NCBI GenBank assembly: GCA_977030845.1
Contig: OZ365114.1
Span: 17,112,001-17,176,000 of the forward strand
DNA: 64,000 bases
Direction of reading: 5' to 3'
From: Fimbriosthenelais zetlandica
Lineage: Eukaryota
The notes beneath the pieces are model-generated. The model had not been told where the DNA came from. It did no database searches and saw only the letters and a list, made by a program, of their open reading frames with translations. Below, piece by piece: positions 42,401 through 54,400 of the stretch. Every line of letters starts with the position of its first letter. Position 1 is the first letter of the stretch. A program made the translations under genes and the position numbers.

Positions 42401-45400
42401 TTGAGGGAAGACAGGCAGATGGAAACGTAGGGAAAGCGAATACAGGGTGGGAGTACAGATTGGCGAGTGGAAAAGGGACAGGGAGAGAGAAGAAGGGATG
42501 GGATAGTAGTATAGAGAAGTGGGGTGATGGGAGTTGATATATGGAGGGGAGGAGCTGTGAGCGGGAGGCAGGTTAACATGTTGATGTTCGTCTCACGTTC
42601 ACTAGTTAACCGTGGCATTTAGTTACCATGTAGAGGGGTGAATGCCCTGAGAGCTTGCAGTATGGGTGGCTGCTGCTCTGTGTCACGGTCTTATGGGTAA
42701 CGCTGACTCAGCATCCCAGACACGGGTTAACCCCTGTCTACCACCATCCATCCTAAAGGTCACACTGCATAATATAGCATTAATCACCGCAGGCAAATTG
42801 ACCGTAAAGTATAATAAATTTAACAAATGTGACAAATAATATTCATATTTTCTAGATATAATTTTCAGCTGAAAATGTATAGCCTGTCCATGAATAGACT
42901 TTGATTTTGTTGGAAGTGAAAGTCCAGCCTATCTCCCATTAATTCACTACCTAAATGATAGTTAATTGGCGGGAAATTCACTCCACCATTACATACTATG
43001 ACATAGTCTGTTATTGAACACTGAAAACATATCGATAGAATGTCTCAAATACTGACAGCCTTCTGATGTTATTGGACATTTAAGATTTATTGATGGGACG
43101 TCAGGGCTGGAGACAGACTGAGAGGAGGAGGGGGTTTGTGGTTTGAAGGCTGTAATTTTCTTGTCGGTAACAGGGTCTCAGCTCTGCTGTAATTTGTGTT
43201 GCTCTCGTGAATGGCCGTCAGAAACATACACGTCCCGCGGGGCTTGGCTGTTCATTTCTCTGACGGCTCTATAACAAGCCTCACAAAAAGCACATTGTCG
43301 ACGTGCCATTTATGAGTAAATTTACCTATTCACGCCTCGACTAGGATGTCTTTTCACTGCTTTCTGTGTCCGGCCATGGACTGTTTGCTGCTCAATGTAA
43401 CCCACAACATCTGTAATACTTTGATACTGTGGTCTTAAAGACCCAGTTTATGTGTGGTTCAATTCTAGTTCCAAGGTCAGGCATAGATGAAAGGCTATTG
43501 CTTTGCACTGTCACAAGGTTGGATCAGAACATTACCTTTATAAATCCCTGCTTGTAAATTTAACAATTTCATTTAAAATAATATTTAATTTCATCAATTG
43601 TCTCCTGGCTGTTCAATAATATTGAGGATGGGAATATTCAGGCCACAGACGCCCTCGGTTATTATTCCTAAACAACACCCATAATTCCAATTATATAATA
43701 TTTCCTTTAATGAGGTAGCCTCATGCATAAAATTATACATAAGAATTTTAATGCTTTCCTGTGTACACCATGTACCGTTTGGGCTGCTTGGAAGGGTAGC
43801 AATAAGTATAGGGGTGAGAGTTAGTGGTGTGAGAGGGGTGGTATACTCCCACTATTGGTATATATCTAGTGTTTTACCAGCTGTCACTGGGGACTGGACT
43901 CGGGTCGGTGGTACACAAGTATAGACCACGTTTCACTAAGCTTTGTTTGCTCTCTCCTTCATTATCCCTCCTGTCATTGTCAGCTATTGATTGTTTACAC
44001 ATTGTTCCCCCCTTTCTCTCCTCCTCCCCTCAACACAATCCAAGCCATGATTACATTGCAATGATTGATACCAAACCAACTCAGTCTTGTCCCCATGTGA
44101 CTATGAATATTTGCTTTCAAGTGTATTAATTCAGCAGGAAGACAGTATTGTGACTTGATGTTGTATCTCATTTTGCCTCTAATCGTTCCCATGAGGAAGC
44201 ATGCTATGATGACCCTGTGTTTTCAAAATGTCAGTTTACTGTACCAGGCTCATGACACTGCTCCATAAAGAACACCTGTAAATTTCCCTCTAATGTTCTA
44301 TAACTCAATGCTTGCCTCATGGCAGCTTAAACCACCAACACATGAATGTATATCCTTATATTTAACCACTGATAATAGGCATCCACCATGCGGGCTTCAC
44401 ATCCACAGCCCCTAATACGTAATAGAACCATCTAATTGTGAGTATCGTTATTGAAATGGACACACGTACCCAGCTCTGAAATGTGAGATCTTTTATGATG
44501 TCTCCTATTTGATATCTATGAAGTGGCATGTATTATAAAGTACTGTATTGTGATCTTGTTCTGTATGTAGGCACAGTACTGGGCTAATTGGGAATGAAAT
44601 TCTTCCAGCATGGGAACACAGCAGTTGTCAAGTCTGCCAGCATCTCTTCATCAAGCTTGACAATAGATTCAAAGTATATATAGCTACCCTGACGAGCATT
44701 TAGCAAGAATAAAAAAGTCCTTCATGTGGGACACTGGGAGCCTTGAACAAGGCTCATGTCTATAAAAGGAACTTATGCATAATGTATGTACTAGACATTA
44801 AATGAATTATTAGTACATAATATGTCCATTTTATACACAGCCATCTTCCACAGCCATTTTCGCAGCTCAACCCTTTTGCACTCCTTTCGACCGGTTTTTT
44901 TTATATGTATTTCATATGATCTATAAAGGAAAGCGTATCTAATCATTTCTGCAATTTTCCATTATAGTTTCATTTGGAATTCTGGGGCTGTTGTGTCCCG
45001 CCTGGTATCAATATGGAATTTGATGGCCCTGTGCCAAGTCTATGATAACCAGCATGTATTTTTCCTCTCCCTCAGGCACCATGCTCCTCTGTGTAGGGAT
45101 ATATAGGGCTGTGTGTGAGTAGGGCATGGAGATGGGGGTGTGGTCAGGGCTCCCATGCCGGTATGCTCTCTCTCCCCTTCTCCGCCTCCCTCTCCCTTCT
45201 CTTTCTCTCAAATTGCTGCGGGTATAAAATATTGCATTTCCATGAAGTTTCCAGTGGACTTAAAACTAAAATTAGTTGGGCGTGACCACTAACTTTTCTC
45301 GTTGCAGTGCCTATTATTAATACATGTATTAGATATGTAGTTATTTTTTTAAATTCTCACATGCTTAGAATGATGAAAAATGAAAATGTAGTTCAATGGG

Positions 45401-48400
45401 AAACAGTTCCCACAATATTGAAAGAGTCCATTGCTAATGCTTCTAAATTACAATAGGAAGGATGGAGTCAGGCGAGCCTGTTTGGTCATGCGATGGACTT
45501 GCTCCCTGACATTCGCTCTAAATGTGTCGGGTGTGTTGTAATTTTTCAATGTGAGGTAACCATATTAGAGGTCTGCTTGCCCACTTGTTCTCCCTGCTAA
45601 CCTCGCGTGGGAATCATGGTTAGGGCCTTTTAGCTGTATTGGTGTTCATCCGCTATTGTTCATCATTGAGAGCTATATAAGGGAGATGTTAAGACCTTGT
45701 CTTCATTTCCCTCCACTCTATTCACTGATGTCATGGGAAGCACGTGCACTGACTGTACAATATGATGGCTCGTCACGTCTTCATCCTCTTATAGGTCAAC
45801 CCTCCAAATATAGGTCCATCTTTTATGTCTCTATTAAATATTGCCTTCTCTGGCATGTAGCGTACACTCCCGTACGTGTACATGTATTTTCGCCTCAATT
45901 CAGAGCGTAATTGACCAGTTTTTGTCCGCTTCTGTACAAGGCAACATTGCTTCAATTTGCAGTTTGAATTTCCCACTGCTGAACCAATAACGTTTTCTCA
46001 ATATTTTAATTTGGCATTTTTTGGACTACTTGTATGTTGAGAGGCTATAGAGAGAGGGGACCTGGTTAGCCGGTGGCCCTAATTGTGTACATTACTCATT
46101 CACCACTCCCTCCCCTGTCTGTACAGAGTTCCTTTACTCTTGTTTATTGCTTCTCAATGAACTCTTTGTATTGTTCCGTTTCCTGTGGGAGGGAATACAC
46201 ATGCCTCAGTTGTACTAATTGGGATGTAGACATAAAAGATAAAAGCTTGTACATTACATCGTCTGCATCAAATTATACACTTCCGCTTCAAATGTGGTTA
46301 TAAAATAGTTCTAATGTATATGGGGAGTAGAAGGTGGAAAGTTTTAATATATTAGCGAGACTGTTCCACGATGCCATACCAAGTCATTCCCACCTCCGAC
46401 AGTGGAACATGATCTGTGGAAATCTCTTCTGACATGAAAAGCTTTTTCCCTTTCACTTTCAGCTGAAAATATGCCACATTGTTACAATGCATTACCATCT
46501 AGTGACATTGACGAGTCCTTTGAAAATATCGCAGGGGCAGTAACCTTCTACGGCAGGACTGTCGCAGAGGCGGTGAATGAGATTTGGGAAAGAGATAGAT
46601 ATATATGTATGGCATGGACTTATTAATCATTTTGATTAAATCTGGCGTCCGCAAAGAAGGTCCTTTATAGGCAGGGGAGGTCAATTCGCATTTGCCTCTT
46701 TGCATCAAGTGACAGAGTAACGCTCAGCCAGGACCAAATTTTAATTTCCATCTACTACTGGGCATTTACACTGTAGCTGGTTGTGTCTTTTCTAATGACA
46801 CCTTGTCGATTTCACATGGAATTCATGAATCGTTATACCAGGAAATAATTCTAAATATTCCATGTGATGTACTCATTCATATTCAGCGAATCCGAGCACA
46901 TCGGAGTTCAGCTGATTAAAGATAGATGGTAGAGCCGAGGATGAAAAAATGGGTTTCCCCTTTACTCCTTTTACAAACATCAAAGGTCTGGCTTATAGAG
47001 ACATGATTGCCGGTGATGTGGAGTGGACCAAGCATGCTGGTGATAATGATGAAATATTACTTCACATCAAAGGCTGGTGGGCACGGTGTGACTGGTGCCG
47101 GAGTCAGATACAATATTGGATCATAATTTACCGCCCTCCACACCAACACCTGATATTAGACTAATTGGATGCCCTCCCGACCACTTACTCACTGGAGAAG
47201 CCAGGATATGGACCAGTGTCTGAATTAAAATGCACTGCTTTAGACCATAGACTTATTCGCTCATGTATAGAATTTGGTATAGATCTAATAACAAGATATC
47301 TGCATAGATCTGTCATTACAATGATGTCCAGGACTGTCTTTCAAGTCCCGTATATCACTCCTGTAGTTACCAGTCTCTTGTACATATATTGTCCTTGCCA
47401 GGAGGCAGAGGTGAATGCCCTGTGTTTGGTGAAACGAGATGCATTAATCATTCAAGCCCTTCCGTCCCCCTTCTAGATTCATGTGCCCAACCTCTTCCTC
47501 CCTGGAGTCCCAAGCGCCAGAGGGATTTATAATCTCTGAGTTTAATCAGATGAATAGACATTTAATGTCAGGACAAATGTCCAAGATGGCTTAAAAAGGT
47601 TCCATGTAGGATCATGTAGGAAATCTTTTAAAATATACATAACAATCTGGAATATCCAAGTGCACGTTCAACTGGCTCCTTTATACAGAGCTGTTCTTGT
47701 GATCAGCAACAATCTGCTGTGATAAATCAAGTCTGTAGAGGGAGAAGTTCAGGAATAGGCCTGTCAGGATGTTCATGCCCTAGCCTGAGAGGATCGACTG
47801 AAGTAGAGCCTTGACTGTACAACAAGGGTTGGCCTCTATCGACCTCTATAGATCTCTGCATACAATCAGGTTGAGGAGATCTTCATTCAGATATAGCTGT
47901 GGTTGTGGGGGAGCTCAGAGCGGTTATTAACGATTTTCCTCCTTGTAATACATGGCCGACTGGGAATGAGTATAAGGGTGAACTTGGTTCTATCTTAAGG
48001 CATCAATAAAAGTATAACGCTCCTCAGGCGTCATTAAACATAACGCTCATCAGGCGTCGTCAAACATAACGCTCATCTGGCCTCATCAGTAGCCCTATGT
48101 TCCAGTGAACATTATTTTATGGGATGTTAATAACAACAGTACCGAACCCTAAAGCCATTACATGTAAATTATTGAGAACACCGCCGAAACCCCAAATGAA
48201 TCCTTGTAATTGTTCATTTGCCGTTCAATATCCACATCAATACGGAGATAATTATAACGAGAGGATGATGGGAGCATTATGGTGGAGACAGTGTATTGGT
48301 GGTGAGCATTGGCCTGTGAGGGAGATTGAGCTCGTTGATTTGAACTGCTCTTGTGGGAGAGCTAGTTTTAAAAGGCCTGTCAATGCTACTCATTCTCCAA

Positions 48401-51400
48401 GATGGATGGGATTGAAGCTCCCAATTTAATCGTTTATTTTCATCCTCAATAATCAATGGCAATGTCGACTGAGATCAACCAGCCGCCATCTTTTGTCCCT
48501 TGCTATTGGCGATTATTGAATTGTAAGAAATTACATTGTATGTTGTAGCCAGGGTTTTGCTCAATGTATTGTATTGTAATTCCCTGAAGCTTGTGATCAG
48601 ACTTTCATTTGAGAGACTTTTAAGGAACAGATTTGTAAGAATAGACTAGTAGGCTCTCCCTGAAAATGGGTTTCTATCTGGATTACATAGCAGATCGATA
48701 TTGTATGAAGTGTGGATTACAAATTAAATAATAATAGCATAGGCTATTAGTCTAGTATAGACGTACATCAGACGAAACATTTCTAATTAGGCCCACTTCT
48801 TTCTTAACTTCCTTATGGGATGTCATCAGAATCTGTAATGATATATTAGCAGCTGCTTCTCCATCAACTGGGATGACAGGATGACATCATGGAAGGCCTT
48901 TAAGGTTTCTCCAGGAGATCACAGCATATACAGTATCTGCCAACTTGAGTTAGGAACATCACATCAAGGGCTTCCAACGCTGAACCCGTGGAGTTGTTCC
49001 CTTAAACTCAATGATTGACTTTGCAGTGAGCGCCTCTGTTCGGCCCGTGTTGGAGTCAGAACATGTACTTCTGTCAGGTCCGAATGATTGAAATAAGATT
49101 TAGAAATATAACTGGGTGGGAAAAGGTCCCATATTTGATATTGATTGAATTGGCTCAATATTAACTTGTCTTTCTCATTGTACCAGGTTCGCCTTAAATT
49201 GGGATTCCACTGCTGCTATATTTTGCTTACGACACTATTGCGACAAAGGGTACTTGTGTCGCAATAAAATTGGTAGTTACAAATATTACACTCGCAGTTA
49301 TCGCAGGGTTGGGGTCCCTGATTTAATCTCTGAATCTCTATTATATGAAGCGATTTATCATCCAATGGTCTTCAGTGGTAAACTATCACTTCACACTGTT
49401 TCAAGTCCTAGATAGCATGGGTACCGCAGCCTCCCCTCCCCACACGGTCATCCATATCAATACTTCACAGCAGCTCTAACTCTTTCTTTGTTCTCACTGT
49501 GTTCAAGAGGCTTTGAGACGATCTCTTATGAACATGAATAATAGCAGAACCCCATATTGATGGATATGCACTCAGTTGTAATCTTTTATCAATCCCCGTT
49601 CATGTCAGGCTAGAGTTTAAAGTATAGGGAGTTGAGAGGGGTGAGAAGAAAGGGTTATATGCTCGTGCTTCAGCTATTGTAGCTTCAATGAAAACCCCTT
49701 CTATTTCTATACATAGCGACCTTCAAATCGTAAGATGCACATCGTTGATCTATATATGGATTTTGTTATATATAATAACGAGAAGGGGAAATGAAAGTGC
49801 TGTCATCCTCTTATCTTGGCATCCAATGGTTCTTTTAAATGGAAGAACGAGGGGAAACGCAGGCGAAGATTACCTGTAATGGAAGCATCTCCTTGCTGGT
49901 TTTCAGTGACTGGATATTGTGTATTGGAGGAGTGGGAAGCTGCTCGTGTCGTGGGGATGTGGGCTGGCGGTGAGAGGATGGGAGGATGTGTGGATCATTA
50001 GAATAGTACACAGAAAAAAATCAAGGGTTAGCAAGTTAGTCAAAGTGACTGATTTTCGGAGTTTTTAAGGGTCAAACTGACTGTGTCTTTTTGTCCGAAC
50101 CCTTTTGACTACCCCTCAGTTAAATTGACTAAGAATCTTACTAACCCCCAGTTAAATTGACTAAGACTGTCCTGTGCTTTTGTCCGAACCTTTTGAATAC
50201 CTACAGTCAAATTGACTAAGGATCTGACTAACACTTCGAGCAGTCCCATTCCGCATACTGAATGCTTTCCCTATATCCGTACCACCTTAGAAGTTAACAT
50301 TATAAAGGGGTATAAATGTGCAGGAATATTAAGAACAAGCAAAATGGAGAAGTATATGTCCCTGAACTTATATTTAATTGAAACATAGTGAAACTATAAA
50401 TTCAATTCACGCAAAGTTAACCTTCAAGATTTGTACTCAATGCATTTAGTACCATTAGGACACTATGAAAAATAATAAATTTGTTTACAATGTAAGTACA
50501 CCGCACATGGCCTTCATGGTAAATTTCATCATATAGACTTCAAAAGTACAATATAATCTTTGTCACAATGTCCTCCCATTACAGAACATTGAACACTATA
50601 CAAGTATAATGTAGAATTAAAAAACAAATACATGTACTTGAATTATTTATCCTGAGATTTACATTTGGAAAAAAATAAAATATTCAGCAGGTGATATTTG
50701 GTATTTCAGGATAAATAAGTTTTTTAGTTTTTAAAAGGCTATATTATAGTAGTGTTCAATGCCACTTTATATAGCAAACTATGTGCATAAAGTCTTTATC
50801 AAAATGTTATGAAATCAAATATATCACGTAAACAAATTGTAGCGAAACTTTCAAACTGGAACACCTTGCCAGTACCATCATCCATATGAGCATTATGACA
50901 TAAATATGAAAAAAAAAAAATTAGTTGAACATTGTAAGTATGCCATACATCGTCCTCAATATCCAAAATAATAAATAAATTGTATGTCATCATATAGACT
51001 TCACAAGTACAATATAAACTTTGTCACAATGCCATCCTATTAATGAGCATCGAATACTAGTATAATGTGGAATTTAAAATAAAATACTTGAATTATTTAT
51101 CCTGACACATACGTTTGGGAAAAAATCAAGTATTTAGCAAGTGATATTTGGTATTTCAGGCCTTCAGGCCTTAGCCTAGCATAATATGTGTATAAAGTCA
51201 TTATCAAAATGTTATGAAATCAAATATGTCACATATACGTCGTATTTTCCGATTGACCCGCATTATCGTTGTAGTTAAACTGTGTTTCTTCTGCTTCTGA
51301 ACGATCCATCCCAAATCTTTTGAGGAAACTTGAAACTGCAAAAAAATGAATGTCATCTTAATCCAATAAATAAAAAACAGGATTTCCTGAAAAGGCTAGT

Positions 51401-54400
51401 GCACACTCATAATAATAGAATTACCCGGGTACAGCAGTAGGCTAGAGCTAACATTGTAGGCCTACCAATAATCTATAGAACTTTCAATACCATATTTAAT
51501 TTTTTGTCTTCAGCTATATGGAATAAAAATCGTATGAATCTAGCGTTCACAATTTAGTACCAGATATATTAATTATACCTGCTTACCTATATTATCAGTC
51601 TACTGAGTTCCAGGTGAAAGTTCCTATGGTGCTCTAGGGGGAGGCTGTCAGGAGTTTTCTGGAAATAAATTTAAAAAATTGTGAGAAAAGGGGATGAAAT
51701 AAATGAATTGACACAAGAGGCGGTGAAAATATTGCAACCTCATAAATGGTGAAAATAGGCGTATATAATTATGGTGACATTGATTTGAAGGGTAGGCCTA
51801 CTGTGCTGCCCTCAGGTGAGTTCCAGTCACTGGAATCACCTGGTCACTCATTTCAAGTTAAAGACATGTAGCCCTATATTGTTTTACCTGTAGCCTACAT
51901 TAAAATAATCAAATTAATTTTATATAGTTATTTCTGAGTATGTAGGTCTACGCCTACGGTGCGGTTAGCCTTTAGCAGCTTAGGGCCAAGACTAGAGTGT
52001 GGTCTGTGGATGTGACCAGCTATGGTCCATGTCAGATCTGGCTCGATTTGAGAGCAGATCTTGGATGAAAAATAAATAATGAAATAGGGATCTGATCTGA
52101 TCATAAATCTGGAGGCCTATAGTGAAGAATACGCTTTAGTCTGACCTGTACGAGTTTTAAATGAAATCTATTTGCAAGCATCAAGGAAGAGAAACACTGA
52201 AGCCAGTGAAGGGACTGATGGCCGATGGCCGACATAACCCCAATTATCGCCCAATCATTAGCGATTGGACCTATAATTAATGCCATTATTTGACAACATT
52301 TTCATTCAAAAACACGATATACTATGTGGTATGTAGTTCATGTACATGGAAATCCAATAATATACATCAAAGATTACCATGAACAATCAAGATTACCTGA
52401 AAGACGATGTGTGATGGTCCTTAGTTATGCTGCCAGCAGTGAAAAGGGCGCGATCAGTCACGTGATGTAAAAAATGGCGCCCAGAAGCAGACGGATGTCG
52501 AAGACTTAGTCAAACTGACGAGGACCGCGTTAGAAACATAGTCAAAAAGTGCCTATCCCCCTATTTGACTATGTGTCTAACCCAATTTGACTAGGTGTCT
52601 AACCCACTTTGACTAGGTGTCTAACCCAAGATTTTTTTCTGTGTAGTTTTCCCACGGAGATCCATCATGCCATCTCTAATGATTACCTACACCAATGAGC
52701 CCTACTCCTCAATGGCTGGGTCTGGGCAGAGACGATCCCACGTACTTCTCGACCGAAAATGCTTAATGGAAACCAGACTAGGGCTAATCATTTTGTAACA
52801 TGAATTCACATAAAATCTCATTTTAAGAGCAGGTTATTTATGTTCGAAACGCATACATCTTGAAGTTCTTTCTGTTCCAAAATTGAGTTAATCTTTCTGT
52901 TTGAACAAACCCTCTTCAAGATCTTTAAAACGGACTTTCCATTAATTTAAATTACATGGTCACACGCCACTGTGCTTCCATTGTTCCCATCACTTTTTAT
53001 CAATATTAAACGAGACATTTTGATATTCTATTTAAAATTCTCCAAAACATCCAAGAAGGTTCCCACCTCCAAGAACCATCTAGCTTGTCCACCGGTGCCA
53101 ATCTTCTGTCTTGGTCTTTTTACCCTCTTTTTATTATTTGGTTACCTTTCCCCGGCCCTAGAATTGGGACTGATTAATTGGGTCGTTCTGGTGGCGATTT
53201 TATGGCTGTCGCTGTCGCTGCACTGGGAGCCTTTGCTGGATGCCTGTAACAAGGGAGCCTAAATGGACGAGTGTGATGTGGACCGGACAAAGAGACGTGT
53301 TGAGAAAAGTCTGAATTGCTTCTCCTTCCTTCATGGGAAAATGGCCAGAGGCAAGGAAATATCCCGGCAAGGCAGACCAATAGATCTCTTATAATGAAAG
53401 CAGTGGGTAAAAGCAAAGCTACCAACTACCCTCCAAACAAAGGCGCGAATCAATCAGGGAACAAATTAAACCTTCTCTATGAATTGATTGGTTTGGTAGT
53501 TTAAAAAGCCTTTCTTCGTGAAATGTCATTCAAATTGTATGCAAAACCATGACCGGTCTGATTGAAGATCAAATGGTTCAGTTGGAATCGTGGATTTACT
53601 GAATGGAATTGAATAATGTGGCAATGGAATAAAATGACAATGCACATTGATTTCATGCCCTTTTGTTGAATTTCATTTTTTTTCTTCGATTCTCCTCCTC
53701 TGGAACAAAGAAGGGTTCTTAAGATGGATCTTGTCCGTTACAAAACCCTAATCTCCTCGTGTCATATGATTGCAGACTTTTTAAGGTTTGATAAACGAAC
53801 CCCTCTGGGAAATCTTCAGTAGAGAGGAAGGATATTATGATTGGATCTCCAGAGAAAAGAGGAAGGATGGATAAAAAACAATAGTGTCCTAGAGATCATC
53901 AGAATCAGAAGATCAAGGGTACCATTCAAGCGTAGATAAGGCGTGGCAAGCATGTTGACATTCTGCAATTGATAAAAAGCAAAACTGTTTTAGGGCATTT
54001 TCATTGCAGCAATCTCACAATAAAACACAACCCCACTCCGCTGATGTCTCAAATGCAACAGTTGGAGAATTATTTTCCAATGCTTGTCTCGTGAATCTTG
54101 CTTCATGTTCAGCCATCTAGGCCATTCTCTTCTGGACAAATACAACACAAAATTTCATTATTGTCATTTGCGCACTTAGTCTATCAGCATGCTAAAACTG
54201 CTGAAATCAATGCACATCATGGTAGAGTGATTATTCTATCTAAACGATTCCATTGATTTTCAATAATTAATTGCTGCTAGATTATTTATACACGTCCAGA
54301 TTATTATCGGGGCCAGGCAGTAACCCTTGTACAGAGGCTCCGGCATGATTAAATATGGCATCCTGTCTGCGGGTGTAACGTCCGGGTAAGGAGCCCTGGC

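Larger units (their letters stand above)
50009..52643 (-). mobile_element. Non-autonomous DNA transposon (CMC/EnSpm-like), 2635 bp, CACAG termini, TA target-site duplication
   Basis: Perfect 14-bp TIR CACAGAAAAAAATC (50009-50022 and 52630-52643), extended imperfectly by GGGTTAG..TAGTCAAAGTG, with TA on both flanks (50007-8 and 52644-5). Both ends carry subterminal repeat arrays containing TTGACTA. No transposase ORF is present. The superfamily is inferred from the termini and 2-bp TSD; the strand is taken from internal splice remnants. Confidence 0.8.

Noticed and set aside
19210-42570. Long-range pairing between the C-rich tract at about 19.3 kb and the G-rich tract at about 42.3 kb
   Set aside because: Only short (10-16 nt) imperfect matches, explained by base composition
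48014-48086. CRISPR-like array
   Set aside because: Head-to-tail minisatellite with no unique spacers, in eukaryotic context
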